Part shown: positions 39,925 to 50,102 of the stretch, piece by piece
How the letters are laid out: each line of letters opens with the position of its first letter
How positions within the stretch are numbered: the stretch's first letter is position 1
Position numbers and translations under genes: made by a program
Source of the DNA: a virus
Taxonomy: Duplodnaviria; Caudoviricetes
Virus record (IMG/VR): IMGVR_UViG_3300042453_004186
Span: 425 to 64,424 of that record
Length of the DNA: 64,000 nt
Reading direction: 5' to 3' (one strand)
Notes under the pieces: model-generated
The model's database searches: none
What the model saw: the letters and a program-made list of their open reading frames with translations, nothing else
Told to the model about the DNA's origin: nothing

Positions 39925-40273
39925 ACCTAAAACCATATTCTGTGATATAGATGGAACACTAGTAGAACATGCTCCTCCATCTACTACAGCTAACCCTAAT
40001 TATAAAATGGAAATTTTAGATGGGACTATTGAGAAATTACTTGAATGGGATAAGAAAGGTTACTATATTATTTTAACAACTGGAAGAAAAGAAAGTTTAA
40101 GAAAAGTAACAGAACACCAACTTTCTGAAGTAGGGATATTTTATGATCAACTAATAATGGGAATTGGGGGTGGGCCCCGATATCTTATTAATGATAAAAA
40201 ACCTGAAGGTACTAAAGCTGCATTTAGTATTTGTTTAGATAGAAATAGCGGAATAAAAGAATTAGATATATGA
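39914..40273 (+). CDS. Minimal HAD-family phosphatase
   Basis: CDIDGTL, TTGR, INDK. Confidence 0.85.
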   Translation: MDARPKTIFCDIDGTLVEHAPPSTTANPNYKMEILDGTIEKLLEWDKKGYYIILTTGRKESLRKVTEHQLSEVGIFYDQLIMGIGGGPRYLINDKKPEGTKAAFSICLDRNSGIKELDI

Positions 40274-41379
40274 TATTATTTTGTAATACATTCATAACAG
40301 AAACAAAACCAGCAATTGGAAAAGGGTTTGTGTTTAGAGAAAATTTGCAATCGTTTTCTAATTTTGATATCCTTAAATACTCACTAGCTGGTTTAGCAGT
40401 TGCTTACCCTTGGAGTAAGGTTATTCTTAAAATATCTTTAGATGATATCTATAAACATCGACAACAAGAGTTAGAGGATTTTATTAAGATTGAGTTTAAG
40501 AATTTTAATTTAATCTTAAAATGGGAAAGAAATGAGTACCAAAATGATTGGGAAAAAGATTATGAATTACTAGACGATAACCTAATATGGTTTTATTGTA
40601 ACCACGATCATATATTTTTTGATAACAGCACCCAACACTTAGAAGAACTAGTGAATAAAATGGAAAATGAAAACCTATGCTCACTACAGTTCTCCCATTG
40701 GCCTGAAAATATCAGAACAGCTAAGCTTGGGGGATCAGATTTAACTAGAAACCCATCAACATATCAAGTTCATGATAATTCACTTTCGATTGTATCAACT
40801 AATTTTGATAGTATTCAAATTATAACTAAAGATTTATATTATAGTTGGTGGTGTGAAGGTGAGTTTAATCATATTAGACTACCACGACCTGATTTTTTTG
40901 GAATAGGACTAGCCGAAATTAAACCTATCCCACATCACAAAGTTATGATCCCACTAAAGGAAATATGTAGGCACTTTGACGGGTACCAACACGTTTACCC
41001 CCAAATAACTAACAACCAGTGCCCGGCTATAGATATTCCACCCGGGTTTTTTGAGAATGATATTAAAATAAGATATGGTTATGATAATTATAAAGAAGGT
41101 TGGGTTAATATAAACCCTAAAAATCCAAATTATTATGCATATAATAAATCTGGGGTTGATTATAAGTTTACTTTAGAAGATTTGCCTTTAGTTTGGAAGA
41201 ATAGAATTTCATCCATAGATTTAAATCCTAATATAGATGAAGAAGAGATGCTACAGTATCGTCTACAATCCGTTTTAGAAATGGTATACACTTCTGAAAT
41301 GTTTATTATTGATGAAGAAGTAAAGAATAAAATACTGAATAATTACTTAAAACCTTTTAATTATAATCTAGATGCTTAA
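40270..41379 (+). CDS. Hypothetical protein, possible glycosyltransferase
   Basis: NHDH motif, RHFDGY; glycan-locus context. Confidence 0.5.
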   Translation: MILFCNTFITETKPAIGKGFVFRENLQSFSNFDILKYSLAGLAVAYPWSKVILKISLDDIYKHRQQELEDFIKIEFKNFNLILKWERNEYQNDWEKDYELLDDNLIWFYCNHDHIFFDNSTQHLEELVNKMENENLCSLQFSHWPENIRTAKLGGSDLTRNPSTYQVHDNSLSIVSTNFDSIQIITKDLYYSWWCEGEFNHIRLPRPDFFGIGLAEIKPIPHHKVMIPLKEICRHFDGYQHVYPQITNNQCPAIDIPPGFFENDIKIRYGYDNYKEGWVNINPKNPNYYAYNKSGVDYKFTLEDLPLVWKNRISSIDLNPNIDEEEMLQYRLQSVLEMVYTSEMFIIDEEVKNKILNNYLKPFNYNLDA

Positions 41380-42232
41380 AGTATTCTCTAATTTTATAGG
41401 AGCAAACGAATTTGAATCAGCACTTACAGATGATTTAAAATCTAAACCTATAACTATATTTAATGATTATCCTATTACTTCATTAGAGGAATTAAATATT
41501 AATCCTTACAATATACTAATAGTATCTGAGCCAAATCAATTATTTGGTATTCACAATTGGGTGATTAGTAATTATCATGCTTTTGATATAATATTAGCCT
41601 GGGGACAAGAAATTTTAAATAAATGTCCTAATGCTTTATTTTTTCCATTTGGTATTAGTTGGTTAGATAAAGAATATATTGATAATATTGATAGTATTGA
41701 TAAAAAATTTGAAGTATCATTTTTATGTGGTGCTAAACAAATGATTGAAGGACATCATCTAAGACACAGATTACATAAAAGAGGTGATGAAATTACTATC
41801 CCTAAACAATGGTACTATACCCTAGAAGATTACCAATACAACAACGGAAACCACACTATTGTTAAATATAAAGACAAATCACCAGGGCATGAAAAGAAAA
41901 AACTATGGAATAGTATGTTTTCAATATGTGTAGAAAATTCTTCAAATCGAGGATACCATACTGAGAAGGTAATAGATGCATTTTTATCCAAAACCATTCC
42001 TATATATTGGGGTTGCCCAAATTTAGAAGAATTAGGATATGATTCCGATGGTTTCATTTATTGCACAAATGAGGATGAGATCATCAAAGCAACGAATGAA
42101 TTAACCCCAGATTATTATTACAGTAGAAAAAATGCTATAGAACATAATTTTGAGTTAGCTAAACACTATGCTGATTTATTTGGTAGATTTAAAGATACCA
42201 TAGAAGAAATTGTTGAATTTAATAATCTATAA
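41372..42232 (+). CDS. GT10 (alpha-1,3-fucosyltransferase-like) glycosyltransferase
   Basis: FSICVENS...YHTEK..DAF...TIPIYWG. Confidence 0.78.
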   Translation: MLKVFSNFIGANEFESALTDDLKSKPITIFNDYPITSLEELNINPYNILIVSEPNQLFGIHNWVISNYHAFDIILAWGQEILNKCPNALFFPFGISWLDKEYIDNIDSIDKKFEVSFLCGAKQMIEGHHLRHRLHKRGDEITIPKQWYYTLEDYQYNNGNHTIVKYKDKSPGHEKKKLWNSMFSICVENSSNRGYHTEKVIDAFLSKTIPIYWGCPNLEELGYDSDGFIYCTNEDEIIKATNELTPDYYYSRKNAIEHNFELAKHYADLFGRFKDTIEEIVEFNNL

Positions 42233-43330
42233 ATGTACGATTATATAATAGTAGGGTCAGGTTTTTTTGGTTCAATATGTGCTCATGAACTTAATAAACA
42301 AGGTTATAAATGTCTTGTTTTAGAAAAAAGAAACCATATTGGTGGGAATTGTTATACTGATAATAAGGATGGGATTAATATTCATACTTATGGTCCTCAT
42401 ATCTTCCACACATCAAATGAAAAAGTATGGGAATGGATTAACCAATTTGTTTCCTTTAACAACTTTACTTTAAGACCAGTTGCTAATTATAAGGGAGAAA
42501 TATATTCTTTACCTTTTAATATGTGGACATTTTCTAAACTATGGAATGTTACCCACCCGGACCAGGCTAAAAGAATAATAGAACAACAAAGCGAAGAAAT
42601 AAACGACCCATCTAATTTAGAAGAACAAGCAATTAAATTAGTTGGTAGAGATGTATATGAGAAATTAATTAAAGGATATACATCTAAGCAATGGAGGAAA
42701 GACCCTAAAGATTTACCTAAAGAAATAATCAAACGCCTCCCAGTCCGATTTACATATGACAACAATTACTTTAATGATAAGTATCAAGGTATTCCAATTG
42801 GAGGATACACTCAAATATTTGAAAAATTATTAGATGGAATTGAGGTAAAACTTGAAGTTGATTATTTACAAGATAAAAAGTATTGGGATAATTTAGCTAA
42901 AAAAGTAATATACACTGGGCCTATAGATGCTTTTTATGATTACCAATTTGGGGAATTAGAGTATAAAACAACCAAATTTGACCACAAAAAACTAAACACA
43001 GATAATTTTCAAGGCACAGCAATGATGAATTATACTGATGATGAAACTCCTCATACTAGATGTATTGAACATAAGCATTTTGAAAATATATCTTCACCTA
43101 TAACTTGGATAAGTTGGGAATACCCGACTGAGTATAAAGCAAAAGAAACAGAGCCTTATTACCCAGTCAATGATGATGAGAATAATTTTAAATATTCTCA
43201 ATACAAAACTTTGGCTGATAATGAATCAAATATTATATTCGGTGGCCGACTGGCAGAGTACAAATACTATGACATGCATCAAGTAATTGAATCGGCTTTA
43301 AATTTTATAGAAAAACAAATCAAACAATAA
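42233..43330 (+). CDS. glf: UDP-galactopyranose mutase
   Basis: HIGGNCY, YGPHIFHT, YFNDKYQGIP, EPYYP, GRLAEYKYYDMH. Confidence 0.96.
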   Translation: MYDYIIVGSGFFGSICAHELNKQGYKCLVLEKRNHIGGNCYTDNKDGINIHTYGPHIFHTSNEKVWEWINQFVSFNNFTLRPVANYKGEIYSLPFNMWTFSKLWNVTHPDQAKRIIEQQSEEINDPSNLEEQAIKLVGRDVYEKLIKGYTSKQWRKDPKDLPKEIIKRLPVRFTYDNNYFNDKYQGIPIGGYTQIFEKLLDGIEVKLEVDYLQDKKYWDNLAKKVIYTGPIDAFYDYQFGELEYKTTKFDHKKLNTDNFQGTAMMNYTDDETPHTRCIEHKHFENISSPITWISWEYPTEYKAKETEPYYPVNDDENNFKYSQYKTLADNESNIIFGGRLAEYKYYDMHQVIESALNFIEKQIKQ

Positions 43331-44275
43331 ATGAAAACAATAGCAGTATTTAGTAATGTAACTACAGGTAAATTTCTACAGCATACCCAAATGATAGATA
43401 AATACACTGAGTTAAATCAAATGCATGGGAATGATCAATCTCGATATAATGAGTATGTAGATTGTTGTCTAAAAAGCTTTAGAAAATGGCACCCAGACAT
43501 TGAAATGGTTTATATCAATGATGATAATCTAGAAGAGTATCTTAATTTATTTGGTAATCCAAAATTAATAAACAGTAGTGTAGCTCAAAAATTTGTTATA
43601 GCTTATGAAGTAATGAAATACTACAAAGCAGACAAACTGATAGTATTAGATATAGATACCATTACGTGTGCTAGATTTGATGAAATGTTAGAAGATAATG
43701 AGCATGATATACTAGCAAGTTTAAATTATAATATACAAGATAAAACTGAGTATTTTGAGACCCCATTTTATACTTTAGAATTTGAAGATGGAACAACAAT
43801 ACAAGATAGTGCCAACCTAAACTCAGGAGTAATATGTTTTAACAATATAAAGGCATTAGAAAGATGTGTTGAGTTAATGGTTATGCACCCTAGTGTGTTT
43901 GGGGAACAAGGAGCATTTAATGAATTAGTATGGACCGAGCAAACTTTTTCAACTCGTATCTTAGATGGACCGTACCCTACTAGTGAAGTAGTATATAATG
44001 TTAGAGCCAAAGGAGTTAATTATACTAACCATATTTTTGATCTAGCCATAAACAACCCGTACCAGGCTCCAATTTATCATTACTATGTTAATGATGGAAA
44101 ATTATTTACTCATGATCATAAACACATTAAAGTATGGCACATTGCCGAAGGGTTACACGGACGACCTTTAGAAGATTTTAATCGTTTAACACATTTATAC
44201 AAAACAAAATTGTTTAATTCTGACACTATAAAATTCTTTAAGGAAGAATGTGGGTGTAATGAATTTTTTAATTAA
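43331..44275 (+). CDS. GT-A glycosyltransferase (GT8/GT77-like)
   Basis: LDID, LNSGV, EQGAFN, WH. Confidence 0.65.
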   Translation: MKTIAVFSNVTTGKFLQHTQMIDKYTELNQMHGNDQSRYNEYVDCCLKSFRKWHPDIEMVYINDDNLEEYLNLFGNPKLINSSVAQKFVIAYEVMKYYKADKLIVLDIDTITCARFDEMLEDNEHDILASLNYNIQDKTEYFETPFYTLEFEDGTTIQDSANLNSGVICFNNIKALERCVELMVMHPSVFGEQGAFNELVWTEQTFSTRILDGPYPTSEVVYNVRAKGVNYTNHIFDLAINNPYQAPIYHYYVNDGKLFTHDHKHIKVWHIAEGLHGRPLEDFNRLTHLYKTKLFNSDTIKFFKEECGCNEFFN

Positions 44276-44280
44276 ATTTA
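44249..44280 (+). promoter_or_regulatory. Bacteroidota-type promoter (variant)
   Basis: TGTG-N20-TAAATTTA. Confidence 0.45.
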
Positions 44281-44286
44281 CAGAAT

Positions 44287-45438
44287 ATGAAAAAAGAAAA
44301 AAAAGTATGGTATGCTCCGTATAAGTTTGAATCTTATGGAGAAGAAGAAATTAAAGCAGTAGAAGCATGTCTTCGTGATGGTTGGCTAGGTGGCTTTGGC
44401 CCTCGCTCAGTTGAATTTGAAGAAAAAATAGCCAAGCGCTTTGGTAAAAAATACGGTGTATTTGTTAATTCAGGTTCATCTGCTTGTTTATTAGCATTAG
44501 CTGCTTTAGATTTACCTAAAGGGTGTAAAATTATTACCCCAGCTTGCACATTTAGTACTACTTTAGCTCCAATTATTCAATTAGGCTTCAAACCAGTATT
44601 TGTAGATGTTGGATTAACTACTTATGTTCCAACTGTAGCAGACATTATTGCTATGATTGATGATGAAGTAAAAGCAATTATGGTACCTAATTTGATCGGT
44701 AACAAACCAGATTGGAAATTACTACGTTCTGAATTAAAACGTATTGGAAGAGAAGACATTATTGTAATTGAAGATTCAGCAGACACAGTTACTTATACTG
44801 AAGAAACAGATGTTGCTACTACTAGTTTTTATGCTAGCCACGTTATTACAGCTGGTGGAACAGGAGGGATGGTGATGTATAACGATAAAAAACACGTTGA
44901 TAGAGCATTACAATACCGAGATTGGGGTCGTATGGGTGATAATTCTGAAATTATGGATGATCGCTTTAACCACAGTGTAGATGGTATCCCTTATGATCAT
45001 AAATTCCTCTATGATGTACTAGGATATAACTTTAAATGCTCAGAAATGAGTGCTGCATTCGGCCTAGTACAATTAGAACGTTTTGAAACATTTAAAAATA
45101 CTCGTAGAGATAATATTAGACGTTATTTTGAGAACCTTAAAGATGTAAAGGAAATTATCTTACCAGATGATAGTATTGAACCAAACTGGTTAGCTATCCC
45201 ACTACAAACAGAAAGACGTTTAGAATTACTAACCTTCCTAGAAGATAATAATATCCAAACCCGAGTAACATTTGCTGGTAACGTAACACGCCACCCAGTT
45301 TATAGAGAATATCTCCAACCATTTGAAAACTCAGATACAATCATGAAGAATGGTTTCTTATTAGGAGCACATCATGGAATGACTATCGAGGATGTAGATT
45401 ATGTTTGCGACAAGATTAAAGAATTTTTTAATAAATGA
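44287..45438 (+). CDS. DegT-family PLP/PMP enzyme, probably NDP-4-keto-6-deoxyhexose 3-dehydrase (RfbH/ColD-like)
   Basis: VNSGSSA, EDSAD, SFYASHVIT (His at the usual Lys), RDWGR, GYNFK, FAGN. Confidence 0.8.
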   Translation: MKKEKKVWYAPYKFESYGEEEIKAVEACLRDGWLGGFGPRSVEFEEKIAKRFGKKYGVFVNSGSSACLLALAALDLPKGCKIITPACTFSTTLAPIIQLGFKPVFVDVGLTTYVPTVADIIAMIDDEVKAIMVPNLIGNKPDWKLLRSELKRIGREDIIVIEDSADTVTYTEETDVATTSFYASHVITAGGTGGMVMYNDKKHVDRALQYRDWGRMGDNSEIMDDRFNHSVDGIPYDHKFLYDVLGYNFKCSEMSAAFGLVQLERFETFKNTRRDNIRRYFENLKDVKEIILPDDSIEPNWLAIPLQTERRLELLTFLEDNNIQTRVTFAGNVTRHPVYREYLQPFENSDTIMKNGFLLGAHHGMTIEDVDYVCDKIKEFFNK

Positions 45439-46394
45439 AAGTAGTATATGTAACAGGCTGTTTGGGTTTCATAGGTTCCTATGTTACCCGAGCATGCCTT
45501 AAAAAAGGATGGTATGTTAAAGGTGTAGATAAAATAACCTACGCTGCTAATGAAGATTTATTAGAAGAGTTTAACCAATATAAAAATTTCTCATTTGTAC
45601 ATTGTGATATAAATGATCTTAAATTCTTATATGATTGTGATTTTATAATTAACACAGCGGCTGAAACTCATGTTGGCAATAGTATTGCTAGCAGTGCTGA
45701 GTTTGTTAAATCAAACATAGATGGAGTACATAACCTACTAGAGCTAATTAAAAATCATAGAGGTGAAAACTCAACCAAACCTGTTTTATTACATTTTAGC
45801 ACAGATGAGGTGTATGGGGATATAGATGAAGGTGAGCACACTGAGGAACATCTACTTAAACCAAGTAACCCTTACTCAGCAACTAAAGCAGCTGCAGATA
45901 TGTTAATTATGGCTTGGGGTAGAACACACAATGTACCTTATATGATTATTAGACCAACTAACAATTATGGAATTGGGCAATATGTTGAAAAATTAATACC
46001 TAAAACAATTAAATGTTTAAATTTAGGCCGTAAAATACCTTTACATAATAATGGTACACCTTATAGAAATTGGTTGTATGCTGGTGACACAGCAAAAGCT
46101 GTTATTACATTAATTGAGAAAGGGCAAATAGGTGAGATATATAACGTAGCAGGAGGATTTGAACAACAAAATATTGATACTGTCTCTACAATAATTGAAG
46201 CATACTATAAATCACCTTTACCTTATGAGGCTATAGAAAAACACATTGATTTCAAATATAGCAGACCAGGTATGGATGTTAGATATGCTTTAGATGATTC
46301 TAAAATTAAAGCATTGGGTTGGGAACCTAAAGCAGATTTTAATTATGTTATCTTAGGAATGGTTAATTATTATAAAGAAAAATTTATATGGTAA
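45435..46394 (+). CDS. NDP-glucose 4,6-dehydratase (RmlB-like)
   Basis: DKITYA, AAETHV, STDEVYG, PYSATKA, NNYG..Q..EKLIP, RPG.D.RY. Confidence 0.9.
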   Translation: MKVVYVTGCLGFIGSYVTRACLKKGWYVKGVDKITYAANEDLLEEFNQYKNFSFVHCDINDLKFLYDCDFIINTAAETHVGNSIASSAEFVKSNIDGVHNLLELIKNHRGENSTKPVLLHFSTDEVYGDIDEGEHTEEHLLKPSNPYSATKAAADMLIMAWGRTHNVPYMIIRPTNNYGIGQYVEKLIPKTIKCLNLGRKIPLHNNGTPYRNWLYAGDTAKAVITLIEKGQIGEIYNVAGGFEQQNIDTVSTIIEAYYKSPLPYEAIEKHIDFKYSRPGMDVRYALDDSKIKALGWEPKADFNYVILGMVNYYKEKFIW

Positions 46395-47005
46395 ATCTAA
46401 AAAAGCGAATTGTTGAAATAGCATATAAACACAAATTAGGCCATTTAGGAAGCTATCTCTCAAGTGTTGAGATAGTAGATGAAATTTACTCAAAGATGAG
46501 TAAAGACGATATCTTTATCCTATCATCAGGACATGCTTCATTAGCAATGTATGTTTGTATAGAAAAATATTTTGGTATTGATGCTGAAATGTTATTTTTA
46601 AAGCATGGTGGTCATCCTCACAGGGATGAAAAAAACAAAATATATTGTTCAACGGGTAGTTTAGGTTTAGGTTTACCTATAGCATTAGGTAGAGCATTAG
46701 CTAACCCAAATCGGAAAGTATGGGTTTTGATAAGTGATGGAGAAGCAGCTGAAGGCAGCATTTGGGAATCACTTAAAACAATCCAAGAATTAAATATTAG
46801 CAATATTGAAGTATTTGTTAATATAAATGGATTATGTGCATATAAAGAAGTAGATATAGATTATATGTCAACTCGACTTAAAGCATTTTTACCTAGAATT
46901 GAATTAAGATATACCACAGTAGAGCAATACCCATTCTTAAAAGGACTTAATGCCCACTACCATGTAATGTCAGAGGAAAACTATAAACAAGTTATTGAAT
47001 CATGA
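46388..47005 (+). CDS. Transketolase-like N-terminal (TPP-binding) subunit
   Basis: GHLGSYLS, LSSGH, GHP, STGSLG.GL, SDGEAAEGSIWE. Confidence 0.9.
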   Translation: MVNLKKRIVEIAYKHKLGHLGSYLSSVEIVDEIYSKMSKDDIFILSSGHASLAMYVCIEKYFGIDAEMLFLKHGGHPHRDEKNKIYCSTGSLGLGLPIALGRALANPNRKVWVLISDGEAAEGSIWESLKTIQELNISNIEVFVNINGLCAYKEVDIDYMSTRLKAFLPRIELRYTTVEQYPFLKGLNAHYHVMSEENYKQVIES

Positions 47006-47478
47006 GAAAACAATTCGCACAACTTTTACATACCGAAATGTCCTCTAACCCAGATATTTATTTAATTACTGGAGATCTGGGTTATGGATTATGGGATAAA
47101 ATTAGGGATGATTATCCGGATAGATTCTATAATGTGGGGTCTTCTGAAATGGCAATGATGGGGGCAGCTATTGGTTTAGCAATGGATGGTAAAATTCCTT
47201 ATGTATACTCGATTACTCCATTTGCAATTTATAGGCCATTTGAGATGATCCGTAATTATCTCGATCATGAAAAAATCCCTGTAAATATTGTTGGGGGTGG
47301 TAGAGATAAGGATTATGGTTATTTAGGGTTTTCTCATTGGTCTCATGATGATAAAGAAATAATGGGTGTTTTCCATAATATAATTTCAAGTTGGCCTGAA
47401 AATGATAGTGAATTGTCTGATAGTTTTTTATTTTCCCTTGATAAGCAACTACCCACTTATATAAATCTTAAACGATGA
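47002..47478 (+). CDS. Transketolase-like pyrimidine-binding subunit (no C-terminal domain)
   Basis: TGDLG, PDRFYNVG.SE, GLA, RPFEMIR, GFSH. Confidence 0.88.
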   Translation: MRKQFAQLLHTEMSSNPDIYLITGDLGYGLWDKIRDDYPDRFYNVGSSEMAMMGAAIGLAMDGKIPYVYSITPFAIYRPFEMIRNYLDHEKIPVNIVGGGRDKDYGYLGFSHWSHDDKEIMGVFHNIISSWPENDSELSDSFLFSLDKQLPTYINLKR

Positions 47479-48248
47479 AAATACTAATCACAGGTGGAAA
47501 TGGTTATATAGCTAAAAGTTTACATAATGCTTTTAAAGATAAGTATGATGTAACATCTATTACAAGACAAAATTTTGATTTAACTGATTCATTTGAGACA
47601 TTAAAATATTTTTCAAAACATTATTTTGATGTTGTTATTCATTGTGCCGTAAGTGGAGGCAGTAGACTTAGACCTGACACTTGGGGGGATATGGATAATA
47701 ATCTTAAGATGTATTATAACCTATTATATTGTAAAAATAAATTCGGAGCATTAATACACTTTGGGTCAGGAGCAGAAACAAATGCCCCTGAAACTCCGTA
47801 TGGTATAAGTAAAAGAGTTATAGCTAATTCTATTTCTGAGATACCTAACTTTTATAATATTAAAATATTTGGAATGTTTGATGAGAATGAGTTAGATACT
47901 CGATTTATTAAAGGAAACATCAAACGTTATATAAATAAAGAACCCATAGTTATCCATCAAGATAAGTTTATGGACTTCTTTTATATAAAAGATTTGATTT
48001 CTTTAGTAGATTATTATATTATTAATGATAATGTACCTAAACAAATAGATTGTTCATATATTGGTTTATATAAATTATCTGAAGTAGCAAATATTATTAA
48101 TGATTTAGATGATCATAAAGTAGATATTCAAATTGAAAAAGAAGGAACAGCACTATCGTATTATGGAACAGCTAATGTGTTACTAGATTTTATAGGTTTA
48201 AAAGAAGGAATTAAAGAGGTTTATAATAAACTCAAAAATGAATATTAA
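47475..48248 (+). CDS. NAD-dependent epimerase/reductase
   Basis: TGGNGYIA, GSGAE, YGISK. Confidence 0.85.
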   Translation: MKILITGGNGYIAKSLHNAFKDKYDVTSITRQNFDLTDSFETLKYFSKHYFDVVIHCAVSGGSRLRPDTWGDMDNNLKMYYNLLYCKNKFGALIHFGSGAETNAPETPYGISKRVIANSISEIPNFYNIKIFGMFDENELDTRFIKGNIKRYINKEPIVIHQDKFMDFFYIKDLISLVDYYIINDNVPKQIDCSYIGLYKLSEVANIINDLDDHKVDIQIEKEGTALSYYGTANVLLDFIGLKEGIKEVYNKLKNEY

Positions 48249-49170
48249 AATTACCTACCACATAATGCCGTGGGAGATAGACTATGCATTACTAACATTT
48301 ACCCAACTAAAGAAATCTAAATACTATCTACCCCCAGATGTAAACATAACCATAGATAGTGCTTTAAATTTATCATCATATTTAATTAATTGGGATGAAA
48401 GTAAACTACCAAAAGAATATTTTATTGAAAAATACAAACAATTATCCTTATTACTAAAAGATTATAACCATAATCCTAAAATATATGATGGTAACGAGCT
48501 ATACGGGCACTTAGACTTACAAAGAGACTGCATATCCCCAGAGATAGATTACTATATGGGCATATGTCCTGACATGTATTTCAGTGAATATCTATTATCC
48601 TATATAATACAGGCTGCTCAATCTATACCTAATAAGTACTTTATATTAACTACTCAAATTGGGAAACTATGGGATAGTTCTTGGGATATATTAACACACA
48701 AAGAATTTTGTGATTATGATTATAAAGATTGGGAAACTAGTTTAGATATATTTGATATAGATAATTACTTACACACCACCCAAGAAGATATTAATGTATC
48801 TCCAATTGATCAATTTAAATGGGCTGGGTGGTTTGATCTATATAATAAAGCATTCTTTGAAGAGATTGCTCCTGTACCTCAAGACTGGAAAGGATATGGT
48901 GGGTGGGATTTGTACTCTATGCATTCATCCTATTTTCTTAAAGAAAAACTAAACCAGGATGTTCAACAGTACATTTTAAATAATCAAATTGTATTCCCGT
49001 ACGGAATTGGTCCTTTAAGAGTAGAAAATTTAGATGGGTTTATGGTAGATTATTACAGAAAACTAATGGTAAAAAATGATTTAAAATATACTCAAAGTAA
49101 AGAGTTTAATCAAAATGTGCCCTCATTTATCCAACAAAATATAAATAATTTAATTTTTAAATTTAAATGA
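48238..49170 (+). CDS. Hypothetical protein, possible GT-A glycosyltransferase
   Basis: CPD motif, W.GYGGWD; context. Confidence 0.5.
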   Translation: MNIKITYHIMPWEIDYALLTFTQLKKSKYYLPPDVNITIDSALNLSSYLINWDESKLPKEYFIEKYKQLSLLLKDYNHNPKIYDGNELYGHLDLQRDCISPEIDYYMGICPDMYFSEYLLSYIIQAAQSIPNKYFILTTQIGKLWDSSWDILTHKEFCDYDYKDWETSLDIFDIDNYLHTTQEDINVSPIDQFKWAGWFDLYNKAFFEEIAPVPQDWKGYGGWDLYSMHSSYFLKEKLNQDVQQYILNNQIVFPYGIGPLRVENLDGFMVDYYRKLMVKNDLKYTQSKEFNQNVPSFIQQNINNLIFKFK

Positions 49171-50102
49171 AAATCTTATATTTAACAGATTTAAATTACA
49201 ATGGAGTAACAACTGGCTTCCAAATGGGCCCTAGGCCCCCCATGAGTTGGGTATCAGGACTAGAATCATACCACTGTAATTACTTAAATATAGATAACAT
49301 ACCTTATGATGATTTTGATATAGCAATACTAGGGTGTCTTCATGAGAATGTAGATATATTAAATATAGATATAATAAATAAAGTTAGAAATATATCTAAA
49401 AAACTATTATTCCAACATGATAGTGATCATAGATATTTTTATAAAAACAATAACATATTGCGTAGCTATATGTTAAATTTTATTATCATAAATGTTGATG
49501 GAATACTGGTTCATAATGATTTGGATAAAAAGTACTATGAGAATCTATACCAAAAACCATGTTTTTATCACAAGCAGTTACTATTAGATGTCTATAATCA
49601 ATTAGATTTACCTAATAAAAAAGAAAATTTTATATTAGGAGGTATAGAAGACAGATATGGGGCATTAGATGGATACATGCTCCTCCAAGATTACCCTTCA
49701 GAAAAAATATACCATTTTGGGAATAACACACAAATCCCAAATTTAAATTCAATATCGAATGATTTTGATTATATTAAATACAATCAACTCTTAGCTAAAT
49801 TCAAAATAGCCATTAACCTAACCCCACTAGCTATAGGAGGATCATTCCCACTACAGTGTGCTATGGTAAAAACTCCATGTATTGGATGGAATAACTCTAA
49901 CCCCCATAAAGAATGTTTTCCTGATCTAGTTGTAGATTATGGTGACTTTGAAGGATTAAGAATAATTTTGAATAAATTAATAACTGATATAGATTTCTAC
50001 AATGATGTAACTAATAATGCTAGAGACATGTTTGTTAAAGAATTCTCTTCAGTAAAAGATTACAAAGAAAATATGATTAAAATCTTCAATCAAATACAAT
50101 AA
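49167..50102 (+). CDS. Hypothetical protein, possible GT-B glycosyltransferase
   Basis: G.F.LQCA..KTPCIG; context. Confidence 0.5.
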   Translation: MKILYLTDLNYNGVTTGFQMGPRPPMSWVSGLESYHCNYLNIDNIPYDDFDIAILGCLHENVDILNIDIINKVRNISKKLLFQHDSDHRYFYKNNNILRSYMLNFIIINVDGILVHNDLDKKYYENLYQKPCFYHKQLLLDVYNQLDLPNKKENFILGGIEDRYGALDGYMLLQDYPSEKIYHFGNNTQIPNLNSISNDFDYIKYNQLLAKFKIAINLTPLAIGGSFPLQCAMVKTPCIGWNNSNPHKECFPDLVVDYGDFEGLRIILNKLITDIDFYNDVTNNARDMFVKEFSSVKDYKENMIKIFNQIQ

